Shown: positions 49,794 through 61,220 of the stretch, piece by piece
How positions within the stretch are numbered: position 1 is the first letter of the stretch
Layout of the letters: the number at the start of each line of letters is the position of its first letter
Assembly: GCA_976551045.1 (NCBI GenBank)
Contig: CDPCPM010000056.1
Location: 28,768,001 to 28,832,000 of the forward strand
Reading direction: 5' to 3'
Origin: Glaucostegus cemiculus
Taxonomy: Eukaryota
DNA length: 64,000 bases
The notes under the pieces: generated by a model
Seen by the model: only the letters and a program-made list of their open reading frames with translations
Database searches by the model: none
Told to the model about the DNA's origin: nothing
Position numbers and translations under genes: made by a program

Positions 49794-52700
49794 CTCCCAA
49801 CAGAACCAGAGCTGAAGACAAGTTAGAAAACTCAGAACTTCTTTATGTTTAACTAGTTATGGAAAACTATTTTGCAATGTTCTGCACATTTTAGGGGAAA
49901 AACTATTCATAGTTTCTTTACCAAAACACCAACATGGGTAATAAATTAGTGCACAATTTGTCTTCTATCGAATAGGTTTTCATTCCGATTATTAAACCCA
50001 TTGAGGGTATTGGTTCTTGAATTATGGTAAACGATAGTTATTCGCATACTTCGCAGTTTTATATTTAATGCGATTATCAAACGTTGCCAGAACCCCCGGA
50101 TTCTTTTTCGTGCAATTTACAGATAATTGGATTCCATTCAAATTTTGTAATCCCGGTACATAAGATGAACACAAGGTATCAGTACACTGCGACCCTCTGA
50201 AATTATTTGACACATCTTCAACAAGAACAAATCATTCATTCGTCGTTTCAAAATGAATGACATTCTATAAAAATGAGTGCGAAACTTAATCGCATGGAAG
50301 GTTTTTGAAACCATAAGTCGCACAGGTCGTGCATTCTTTAAGCATCAATTTTCGTCCAACTCAAACCAGAAGTAAAAACAGCCGTTGAGTTTATCAGTGA
50401 ACACATTTAAAAACACAAATACTTTTGTGAGATCATTTGGTCATAGAATAAGTGTACCGGAAGCAAGTGAGTTTTACGAGATCAGATCTGCCGTGTAAAC
50501 CTGCAACACATTTCTCAGTTATACCAGGGCAATACCCATTCTACATGGTTAGATAACTCTCGCAGGTGTCTGCCAATTTGTCTCGGCAAGTTGAAAACAT
50601 ATTAAAAAGCAGCCTCAAGTTGAAATCTTCTTTGTCGCACGCTGTCAATATATTTAAGAAAAGTTAAAACATTAGAATGTAACAGTGTGAACTGGAATTC
50701 TGAACCCCTTGAATATTAGCATATTTGTGAGATGAACAACCACTTTCTAAAATAAATACTTGGTGGTATTAAGGCTGAACGAAAGTCACCAATTTGATAT
50801 GTAAATATAAGGACTTTAATAAATTGTTTTGAGAAGGAGGCGCATTGATTCCTTTTGCAAAAAAAAATCTCGTTTTATTTGCATGAAAGTTAACAACTCA
50901 AATGCTGACATCGGTTTCAGTTTCCGATTGCAGGTCATACTTGGAAAGAATCATCAGAGAAAACATGACAATGATCTTTGTCATGGTATTAAAATGAATT
51001 ATTCATCCAAAGAATGTTTCTATAAATGTAGCAGGCCGCACTAATCAACAATCAGGCTGTAAAATTTAAGACACTAAAATAAAAGAACAAACAATGAACA
51101 ATATATAGAAGATTAAAACATTTCTTATCTGACTGACCCTCCGCTCCTTTTCATCAGAGTAACTTTCTCCGAGGTACACTTTCTCCGTTCCTTTTACCAC
51201 CCTACTCTTTTGCTGACAATCATTGCGAGAATCCAATGACATGTCGTGTCACTGCGTTTACGCACCACAAGCTCCAACCCCACAATAATCGGTGTACTTG
51301 GACCACTCTCTTCACCATCTGAGCAGGAATCGAACCCATGCGATTTGCATCTGTTTTGAATTCACATAGATGACAATAATAATCTCAGGATCAAAGAAAA
51401 ACCTCTCGTTAGGAGTAAACCCAACAGCTGTTGTAGAAATTATTTGTTCTGAAATTTTATCGGGTTATTGAAAGCACAATGTCACCTAAATGCAACACAA
51501 CTTTGGCGGTGTGGGATTTGCTTGCCAGATGTTTTCCAACGAAGAACAAATATTGCGGAGTTGTCCTGTTTTGCAACAGTGCGCGTCGTTTTCATCCCGC
51601 TCATTTATCTGTACTCTCTTACTTATCAATTAACATGATTTGTCTTCATTAATAATTTTGGCCAGTTTACAGATGAACAAGATCCAAATCATTGTTTGGC
51701 AAGCAACGGCTCTCGGAAGGAACCTCCGAACCCACCCCCCACCCCGATTTATTGTACAACCTCATTGACCATATTCTTGAAATGGAAAACAAGTCTCATA
51801 TTCAGTTAAAATAGACCATATATTTCAGAAAACAAAAAGCGTTTTCATGACGCAACTTTAAAGCTATTCCTGGATACGTGGATACAACACCTTATCCTTA
51901 TATTCTAAACCGATAGATGTTAAGTTAGATGTTCTAAATGAATTATTTAGTTAGATATTAGACGTTCTAAATTAATTATCCTTATATTCTAAATCGTTAG
52001 ATGTTAAGACTTGGTGACAGTAATAATGATATAACATTACACATAGTAACACTATAGTAATGCTAGTTCATACAAGCCATTTATTAGTTGGTTGGTGTTA
52101 ACTAATCCTGATGGTACATTTGATATCTCCTTTCACGCTGTAAGTAGTTTAACGATTTAAGATATTTTTGAACGTGGGACACACATTTCTAGTTTTAAAT
52201 CCAATAATATAACAACTCACGAAATTGTTATTGATTGTAAATTTAAAAAAATATGCTTAACGTCTTCAAACACATTTACCAAAAAAACCCAGAAAATATC
52301 GATCAGAATTGGAAAGAACGCAAATGACATTTCCCCAGTTTTCTACCAAAAATATTTGCATTTCATTTAAATATAAATTACACCCGCTTTATACTATTCT
52401 TTAAACTTAATCATTAATCTCAACCGTATTCAAAACTTAACGGAGCAATGAAGAAACTGACACGTATATGTTATAGATCTCACTAAAACGTAGGTTAATA
52501 TGTTTGTTCTCTGATCATTGTCCCGACGTGGGCAGTGAGGCTCACAAAATGCCAACTAATTGAACACAATGTTCAATTCGAATATACTTCTACTGTTTTA
52601 CGCATCAGTATAAAACCGGGAGTTTTTAACTAAAGTAAAACACACACGCCTAATCAACACCGAATTCATTTTTTAAAATCCCGTGAATTAAGTAAAAGGC

Positions 52701-55037
52701 AAAGCGATCGAAATGGAAATGGCAAGGGTAGGAAACTCCTAATTCTGTAAACAGATGATAAGCTGTACGTTTGCCCGTATTTACTTGGGTTAAAACAGTT
52801 CAACATTCAGAGCCCGCGACGACCCATTGAACAATAACTTGAGATTTATACAGCCTATTACAAACAGGTACTGGTTCTAGACGGGTTTATTGCCGTAGCT
52901 GCAAATAATCCCATATTAACGTGGCCTTTAAAAGATTTATGTTGAAGATGAAAGCTACCATTTCGAGTGTGAGGCTTCTTGCTGTGCAAACCGCAAATGT
53001 CCTGTATGTCCGCACTATTCCAGTTGTTATGCAAATGGTGTAAGGACAGCTCTTGATGTAGATTATTTGTAGACTATATTCAAAGATAAACAAAAGAAGC
53101 TAGGCCGCGACACTTTACCTGTGAGGACCCACAGAGTTTCATAATGGTCGGTGTACATTTTAAGTAACCGCCCTCGAATGACACAAACCAGCTATCATGT
53201 TAACTCCTATTATAAAACCAAAATAGTGTAGATGCTGGAAATCTGAAATAAAACAGAAAATTGTTTCCATGCCACATTAAATTATCGTTTTTACTGTATT
53301 TTCACTCTGCAGAATGTTACGTCGGTCAGTTTCACTGTCCAGAAAAAAACACAATCGATCAATTTTTTGATAAAGAAATCTGCACTACCGGAACACTTCC
53401 TTTAAAGGGAAGCTTGAAATAAAATCCAGAAGTTTTCTTGAAAAAAACTGACTTGGTTATTTTGTTATGTGTTTTTATCCCGGTTTAGCTCTTTACAAAC
53501 AATAGGATGGCCATGACAGCGGGAAAACTAAGAAAAAATTAAAATACTGATAGATTTGATTTTGATGTTGAATTCCATTTTAGACAGGCCCAGCAGATGG
53601 ATAGCGCATTTTCATTAGAAGTGTTCCTTTTATCCTGTGGTTGAGCCGCGAAGATTGTCTTCATTCCTTTGCCAATTAGTCCAAATTATGCGGCCTCAAT
53701 GTACAGGCTAATGCCAATAATTAAAGACAGTCCCACTGACATCTAGAAAACTGAACCACATTTTATCGTCATCAAATGTTTCAAAAAGGGATACCTTCGG
53801 GTAATGAGCGTGTCAGAAAACCCCTATGTAGCAAAATTGCAACTTGTACACAATCCCGGCAAATGAAAGAGCCTTGCCACGCTAAGTAAAACATGGTAGT
53901 TGGCAAACCTTTAAAATAGATAGATTGTCCGTCTATTTTATCCTGTGGAGCGGATCTTCGAGTCTTAAACAACCTTTGTACAGGCAAAGAAACACAAAGA
54001 TAAAAGACAACCAACTGTCTGAGGGAAGATCGCTTTTCAAAAGCGAATGTGTGAGCTGGGCCTGAGACCGCTCGCTGGGAGTCATTTATTCAGGACGAGG
54101 CATTATCAGCAACATAAACAAACTAGACGGCCTTTATGTGGATTACAGCAGATACAACGCTTCTGCAAATTAGCGGTGTCCAGAAAATTGTATCCAAAGC
54201 GAGAGCTACCAACAAGACCGTTTATGAGGAGCTGGAAAGAAGCTGTTCCAAACAATGCCATCGGATTAACAAGTACCAGCAAGACTTCAAAACTATCTCC
54301 AGCTTCTAAAGAACATAGTAATCAAACGCACAGGTGAATTGAAAAAAAACTAATTCCAGTTAGTCTTTATGTTTGGAGCGAATGAAGTGTTTTGCAAAAT
54401 GTATGAAACTTTCCTCTGACGCTCTATTGCTAACCCACTTAAAAATAAACAAAAACCTTCAATCATTTGCTGCACTGTGCATGGATATCTTCTGAAACGT
54501 GTTCAGCACATCTGATAAAATAAACAGACAAGAAGAAAATAAAATTACCAACTCTTAACACCTCCTTATTTATGGGCACCCTGTTTGTTCTTTTAGTTTC
54601 ACTTCTAAATTGGAATATAGAATTTAAAAATGGTCCAAATGCCGCTGTAAACAACTGCAATGTCTATATCTTTTAAGTATATTTATAATTGTACAATTCA
54701 CTCCTTAATTTTATCAACACCTATCTCTTCGTAGAATTGAAATGAGGCCTGAGTCTTCACTAGACGCTGTTGATTACAACAGTGTTACTTACATAATAAA
54801 AATTATGAACTATTCGAGTAAACCATGACACGTTAACTTTGTTAGAAAAATATATTATCCGAATGTGATCGCATATATAAAAAAACAAGAGGGCGTTGTA
54901 TTATCGCCATTATTTTATCCTGTAAAAATGTTATGAACCATAGGCCCCAAATAGTTACTTGAAACTATGTTTTAAGTTTTATGAGCAAATATTATGTACA
55001 AATACATGGGAAGGCATATTTTTCAGAGTTAAAAACA

Positions 55038-55043
55038 TTTATT
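55038..55043 (-). terminator. Candidate distal polyadenylation signal of FOXD2 (AATAAA)
   Basis: tttatt on plus, about 540 nt downstream of the stop codon. Confidence 0.45.
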
Positions 55044-55263
55044 AATTTACACCAAACGACCTGATGGACATTTTAAACATATAGCACTGCATTGTTCACA
55101 GACTTTCCTCGTAAAATAGATCGATGTACAACCAACGAGACAGCAGGCAGGAGGTGTGAAAGTTGCACATCTTTCCTATACCTATATACAAATAATTACC
55201 AAAATAAAACCCATAAAACTAGACAGTTAGGGACTAAAGGCAACAGAAATGTTAGAAGATTCG

Positions 55264-55269
55264 TTTATT
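55264..55269 (-). terminator. Candidate proximal polyadenylation signal of FOXD2 (AATAAA)
   Basis: tttatt on plus, about 310 nt downstream of the stop codon. Confidence 0.4.
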
Positions 55270-55579
55270 AATTCTCAGTTCACCATTTTCTTCCTAAATC
55301 GCGTATTTTACATCAAAAATCATTTTAATAATCCTGAGGGTCCCTAACCGTCCTTTAACAGTGCCTAAACAGTATAGTGGATCAAACTGTTGGGAAAAAA
55401 ATAACATTCAGTACAGACAGCACTAGAAAGTATGACATTAAGAATTCAATATTCCTCAGGTATCTTTACATATATACATACGATAAATATATCTTGTCTT
55501 TTCTTCCAGAGCAGAAGCATACTTTTGTGGTTCCAAATATTCAAAAGGTATAATTCCTACCTTACACGGGACGAGAAAT

Positions 55580-56638
55580 TTAATAGTGACAGGTGTTAAG
55601 ATTTGTGAGTTTACTTGAAAAGGTCTGTCCAGTCTGTAGAACATTTTCATGCGTTAAGTTTAGAGGGTTCTGCGACTGCGTGAGTGCCGGAGTTAACATT
55701 GCCAGGACCTGGGCTTGGCTTCCAGGCGGAGCCGAGTAGGGGGACCCGGGGGCATTTGACGGAGCAGCCCCTATGATATTGTCTATAGAGAAGGAAGGCC
55801 TGGACTGGCTCGGGTCTGCTTTCAATCCTTGCAGGTTGGGTAGAGTGGGACTCAGCTGCGGGTAGAAGGATTTCCTGGTTAAGTCGTTGCTGTGTAAAAG
55901 CGAGGGAATGGCTGAAGTTGGGAACATTGACGCTGGAGATGGCACCGTACAGTGTGGAGGCTGGAATGGGAACGTACTCGGTGAGGCATGGTGATGAGGG
56001 TGGTGGAAATTCTGCAGCTGGATGCCATAACCGCAACCATAAGGTCCATATCCAAAACTTGGCATGAAGCTGCCGTGATCTCTCAAGATCTCGGACGGCT
56101 GCTGCCTTTTGAACCGTTTCCTCCTCCGAAGGAAGCTCCCGTTGTCAAACATATCTGCAGAATCGGGGTCGAGGGTCCAGTAGTTGCCCTTGCCAGGATT
56201 CCCGGGCTCCCGAGGTATTTTCACAAAGCAGTCGTTGAGAGACAGATTGTGTCGGATGGAGTTTTGCCAGGCAGGAAACTTTTCCCTGTAGTAGGGGAAA
56301 CGATTACTGATAAACTCGCAGATTTCACTCAGTGTTAGTCTCTTCTTTGGACTCTGGAGAATGGCCATAGTGATCAGAGCGATGTAAGAATAAGGAGGTT
56401 TGACCAGGGTACTTTTGCACGGTTTGTCACTTGCCCTGGTTGTACTTGGGTCAGACACGCCGGACAAGTCCGGCGACTCAACGTTCTCGGAAACGTTTCT
56501 GCTTAAGTTATCGTCTGAATCATTGTCAGAATGAAAATGACCATATTTCCCTTCTTTGCCGTTCATATCACCGACCACATCAATATCTGTATCCTCGGAG
56601 AGCAGTGAATGATCAGACATGTCGGCACCTAGAGTCAT
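55580..56638 (-). CDS. FOXD2: Forkhead box protein D2 (single-exon, 352 aa)
   Basis: Intact ORF with a class D forkhead domain ([30 protein letters not shown]...[35 protein letters not shown]...[10 protein letters not shown]), an N-terminal acidic EDTDIDVVG motif and an eh1 motif FSIDNIIG. The N-terminus ([29 protein letters not shown]...HSDNDSDDN) and C-terminus ([13 protein letters not shown]...[13 protein letters not shown]) match my recollection of amphibian FoxD2 better than FoxD1, D3 or D4/5. Confidence 0.93.
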   Translation of the reverse strand: MTLGADMSDHSLLSEDTDIDVVGDMNGKEGKYGHFHSDNDSDDNLSRNVSENVESPDLSGVSDPSTTRASDKPCKSTLVKPPYSYIALITMAILQSPKKRLTLSEICEFISNRFPYYREKFPAWQNSIRHNLSLNDCFVKIPREPGNPGKGNYWTLDPDSADMFDNGSFLRRRKRFKRQQPSEILRDHGSFMPSFGYGPYGCGYGIQLQNFHHPHHHASPSTFPFQPPHCTVPSPASMFPTSAIPSLLHSNDLTRKSFYPQLSPTLPNLQGLKADPSQSRPSFSIDNIIGAAPSNAPGSPYSAPPGSQAQVLAMLTPALTQSQNPLNLTHENVLQTGQTFSSKLTNLNTCHY

Positions 56639-56920
56639 TGTTGAAGTGATCGGCCCAGTGTCTTCAATCTTTCTGTCGGTAGCAACTCTCCAGTCTCTCA
56701 GACCCCCTAGTGGAGTGGCTCAGAATGGCCAAGGGGAGGAGAAGTCGGTATCAGAGAGCCCGCACTCCTTTCCAAAGGATCCTTAGTCTCTCGCTTCCTC
56801 ATCGACCACTTTGCAGCTTCTTGCCCCTTTAGTTTGATACCGCCGCTCCCTGACGCAGACAGTGCACATGGGTTGTATGCGATTGCTCGGCCGCCCGACG
56901 CTTGGAACAAAGTTTGTTTT

Positions 56921-56928
56921 TTTATATA
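56921..56928 (-). promoter_or_regulatory. TATA box of FOXD2 (TATATAAA); predicted TSS near 56895
   Basis: Plus-strand tttatata reads TATATAAA on minus, about 285 bp upstream of the ATG, within otherwise GC/CpG-rich sequence. Confidence 0.65.
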
Positions 56929-56979
56929 GAAAGAAAACTTGGCAGAGCCGAGCCAGGCTGCGGAAGCCTCTTCTGCTCC

Positions 56980-57037
56980 TCAATCTGCTGTCAATAGACA
57001 TTTATCCGACAGGGGGCGTCACGTGGCCGTGACGTAA
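56980..57037. promoter_or_regulatory. FOXD2 proximal promoter motif cluster (TALE site, CTCF-like site, E-box, CRE half-sites)
   Basis: CTGTCA (TGACAG on minus) near 56987. CCGACAGGGGGCGT at 57006-57019. Inverted repeat CGTCACG-tggc-CGTGACG at 57017-57034, overlapping CACGTG and TGACGTAA. Confidence 0.55.
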
Positions 57038-58000
57038 GGGACGAGCTGGGCTCCCTCTCGGAGATCAGCCCCGGGCTCTACTTAAAGGGAGACCTGACAG
57101 GGGTCACCAGGGAACCAGAGAAGGACGTTCAGGCTTCCGTCCTAACAGTGTGCACAGCAGCCAACAACTCAGCCTGAAATCTGTGCTTTTGATTGTCACC
57201 TTAATTTGCATTTTATGATCTACAATTTTCTGTATTTCTTTTTTTAATGTGTGGTTGTGCTAAGATAATGCTTTCCAGAACGCCCGCACCCAGCACTTGT
57301 TCCTTTGTGCTCTGTACATTGACATCCTATGCAGTAACTGGACGGGTGAGAGGTTCAGCAGGCACTTTGTTGAAACGTTCATGAATTACTTTTTTTTAAA
57401 AAGTTTAAAAGCTCTTCCCTCCCCTTCGGAATGAAGGCAATTTAAAAGAAGATGCGTGCGTTTTTTTTAAACTAAAGCCGACAATTCGGCAACACACCTT
57501 TCACTCACTGGAGAATTTATTAAATGATGCTCTTGTCATGTTCTGTCTAAAGTAGCAATTGTAATGTGCATTCAACTAATGTTTTACGCCAGTTTTTTTT
57601 AGGCCAAATTATTCTCTTTTTTTTAACACATAGGTAGTGGTCCTATATTAATAGATAAAGCAGATGGCTCGGTTTGGCAGCAGAGAAAGGGTGAGTGGAA
57701 ATGGGTCGACGCGCACTCAGTGGGCCGAGGACCTATATCCATACTGTACTTCTTTAGAATTCGTTAAGTAAAAGTACAAGATATTTATCACTTCAAACTT
57801 GTCGAGCCTCGCCGCAGCAGCACACAACACAAGAACGCTAGAAAAGAGGAGCAGGATAGCAACGCTAATTGCGAGAGAACACGAAACAAGAAAGGGACCC
57901 AGAGCACTAAAGGGAGCTGACAATCTGTTTACTTTGAGCTTTTCACCACATCTACTCTTAAGAGTGCTCAGAAAATAAATCAACTACAGGTTTATTCTTT

Positions 58001-58062
58001 AGGGGGAGAGGTAGAGAGAGAGAGGGAGGGGGAAAGAAAGAGGGAAAGAGAGAGAGAGAGAG
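58001..58062. repeat. Polypurine (GA)-rich tract upstream of FOXD2
   Basis: About 60 nt almost purely A/G, ending in (AG)n. Confidence 0.9.
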
Positions 58063-60629
58063 ATGACTAAACTATGCTTCGCTTTTCATCTCGAGATCCA
58101 TCTTTTGCAACCGCGCAAACACAGATTTGGTTATGTGGATGATTTTTACACATATATATTTAACCGCATAGCAAATAACCGGAGATAGGAATATGAATTA
58201 TCCTTTTTCATGATTTCCGTCCCAAAACTCTAAAAATGTACTCACACTCAATTCCAAACATTGACAGTCTTTGACAGGTCGCCTCGGGGTGAGACTGACA
58301 GCCATTCACATGTAACTTGCTGTGCGTCTATTGAATTCTTCCCACATCCAAGTCTCAATATCGAATTTTACAATATCACGTAAGCGCTCTTTTTATCTGG
58401 CCAAGTACCAAGAGCACGTTATGCATCAAGGAGAATGCTTCCTTTACCACCACGAACACCGATCCTGCTATTTTTTTTCCTGTTCCCATTCATCAAGATT
58501 TTACTAAAACGAACATCGTTGTAAAAAAAAAACAGGTAATTCCACACTTTATTAGATATTGCACATTGTCACAGCTTATCCGATAGATGTCTGAATTACT
58601 GTATACATTTGTAAGAAGGTAAGTAGCTACTAATGCTTGCTAAGTTTCCTTAGTTGTTTAATAAATCAGCGTGTATCATTCCAAAATATTATATTACCCA
58701 AAATATGTCACAACTAAGGCAATATGCTCAGCATTTAGACGACTTCTTTTTCGAGTAACAAATCAGTTATGAACTTTAGCTGCATACTGACAATATTTAA
58801 GAAACATTTATTACTGGTGCTTTCAGCTGTGTAATGTTTATAATTTCCCATTGAACATATATTTTTCGATGTGTTTATTGTACTTGGGGTTTGTACAGTT
58901 TTGAATGCTTTGTTAAAATGACTGGCCTGATTTCACCGATTAACTTGAAGCAAAAAAATATCGAAATGCACTATTTAAAAAATGTTGCAAGTGAAATAGC
59001 CTGTTCTGCTCTGGATTTAAGAATATGAGGGAGGGGGCCTGAGCACTGAAGGGCAGCTAAGCACATTAATAGTCGTCTTGACGCTCTGCTGCTTCACAGC
59101 AGGTGCCTGGATGACTTTCACTCCCTGATTTTTCTAGTAAGACGGTAGCAAACATAGTCAAACAGCTGTCAGTTCCAAATGCCACACAGTCTTCAAATGC
59201 CCAACAGTTTGTACTTTCTAAATGGTTATCTCCTGTCCAAAGTGCGTTATAAGCACATTGAACTACATCCAAGCTGATTTAAATTCAGCAGAGAGCCGAG
59301 CGCAGGCTCCTAAAGAAACGGGGAGCTCGTAAACCAAGAATAAGGATTATGACAATATCGCTAACAATATTAACTATATAATCTTCTTGGGTCTAATTAC
59401 CCATATGTGGGCCAGCCATTCCTTCAATGCTTGCACGAATGGAAGCGGACACCTCAGCCAATCATCTACAGGCTATCCAATAAAACCCATCTCTTAAAGT
59501 ATGATTTAATTTGGAGGTAAAACGATATTAAGACCATATACTCGACAATTTAAAAAAAATTATTTCCTCTTCTTAATCTGTTAAATTTGGGCCTATTTAT
59601 AAAATCTAATGATTTTAAACCACACCGGAAACCACATTAATCCTGGTGTTTTTATTTAAATAGGCAATGTGGAATAAGAACTGGGTGTGATTCTGTGCAG
59701 AATTTTACGAACTGTTCTGGTATTCGATCACACCAAAGGAGCAAAGGTCATTCCTAAAACTGCGAGCAACAGCTCTCGCTTCAGTCTTAGTTATTTTTTT
59801 TTAGAAAAAAACACATTTAGTTTTCTGCTAAAATAGATTTATTTGCCTCAGTTTTATTAAGGAATCAACCATGTTTTTACCTGGATCTATTTCACCAAGT
59901 TGAGGTGAAACTATCCCAACGACACTGAAATTTCTCTCCACCGTTAACATCCAACAGGGGCTCCCCGTGGTTTGGGAATCCTGGTAACCTTCTGCTTCCC
60001 TTTGTCGCTGCAGATCACGCTCTGTGGATGGAACACGACACGGCTAACCTGCTGCAATCTCGCCCCCAAATTGAAGGTTCTGGTCGTAATTTTCTAATCT
60101 CCGTGTCAGTCCATTTAGCGAACCTGGCTGCATTAATAGATGAGCGTCAAACGCGCCACCTGCTGTCTGTTGTGGAGATGGAAAGCCAACTATCATCTTC
60201 AATATAATGAAAGGATAGTGAGACTGGATCACACTGTAACCTCTCCGTTACCTCATTCACTGTAGGTAGAAGAGGTCGCCAACCGAACATGACTAACTTA
60301 CCCTCTCCCAAATTCTTCTGCAAACTGCGAATAGAACACAAGACGTTTAAGATAAAGTCAAAATCGTCTATTATCCCTAATACATTCAAACACAAATTCT
60401 CAAACTAGTTTAATTTATATTTTTATTGATATACTTCACCAGTTCCGTAAAATAAAGACAGATATGGTCGCTGAGGGCCACTTGTCCAGTTACATTTGAC
60501 CAATCCCAGGGCATTGTTGGATTCTAAATCTGGCCACTTGCCATGATATGATTCACGCCTATATAGTGTAATACGGTGTTTTCCATTTAATATGGACCCT
60601 AAACATACAGAATGAATAACATGGAAACA

Positions 60630-61220
60630 TTGAAAATAGGAGCATAAATTGTCCATTTGACCCTTTTGGCCTCCACCATTTAACATGATCATGGTCGATC
60701 ATCCCCATCAGTATACTAATCCTGCTGCCTCCTCATTTCCCTTGATCCCCTTAGCATTAAAAAACATGTCTACCTCCTTCTTGATACCTACTTCTTGAAG
60801 ATACTTAGTGACTTGGTTTCTACACCTTTCTGATGTAGAGAATTCCACAGGTTAACTGACTTCTGAAATGTCTTCTTCTGCTGACGTGGGTTTTAAATGC
60901 AATATTCCATGTGCTACGGTTGTGACCCATGGTTCTGGAGTCCCCAGCCACTGTGGATATCCTTTCCTCCTTCTAGTTCATCTAATCCTGTTAGAAATTT
61001 ATAGCTTTCTATGAAATACCCTCTCTTCCTCTATACTCCCAAGAATATAGGACCCAGTCTCTCCTTATACATCAGCAGAAATCAGGTCTAGATAACCTTT
61101 GTTGAATTCCTTCCACAGAAAGAACATTCTTCTTCAAATAAGGAGACAGAAACTGCACATGATGTGATCTTACCAAGATCTGTACAGTGCAACAAGACAT
61201 CCTTGCTCCTGTACTTGCTT
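60630..61220 (-). mobile_element. Degenerate CR1 LINE 3' fragment
   Basis: Reverse-complement tail (ATAGGAGCA...ATCATGGTCGATC, CCTTGATCCCC, AGAGAATTCCACAG, AGGAGACAGAAACTGCACA). Confidence 0.8.

Larger units (their letters stand above)
41650..60700. other. CpG-retaining, AT-rich domain (putative non-methylated island or methylation valley) around FOXD2
   Basis: CpG frequency rises abruptly near 41650. Hand count: 16 CpG in 45361-45720 versus 0 in 37321-37680. Frequency falls again after about 60.6-60.9 kb. Confidence 0.8.

Noticed and set aside
51326-51336. Perfect B-box (GGTTCGATTCC on minus) as a tRNA gene
   Set aside because: There is no A-box or cloverleaf, and the context resembles a decayed tRNA-derived SINE head.
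55580-56638. Assignment as FOXD1, FOXD3 or FOXD4/5
   Set aside because: The forkhead domain alone cannot separate FOXD1 from FOXD2, but the terminal sequences fit FoxD2 as I recall it. A phylogeny and synteny check (FOXE3, TRABD2B) would settle it.
55647-56649. Alternative-frame and antisense ORFs overlapping FOXD2 (129, 116 and 72 aa)
   Set aside because: These are expected by-products of GC-rich coding sequence and show no recognisable domains.
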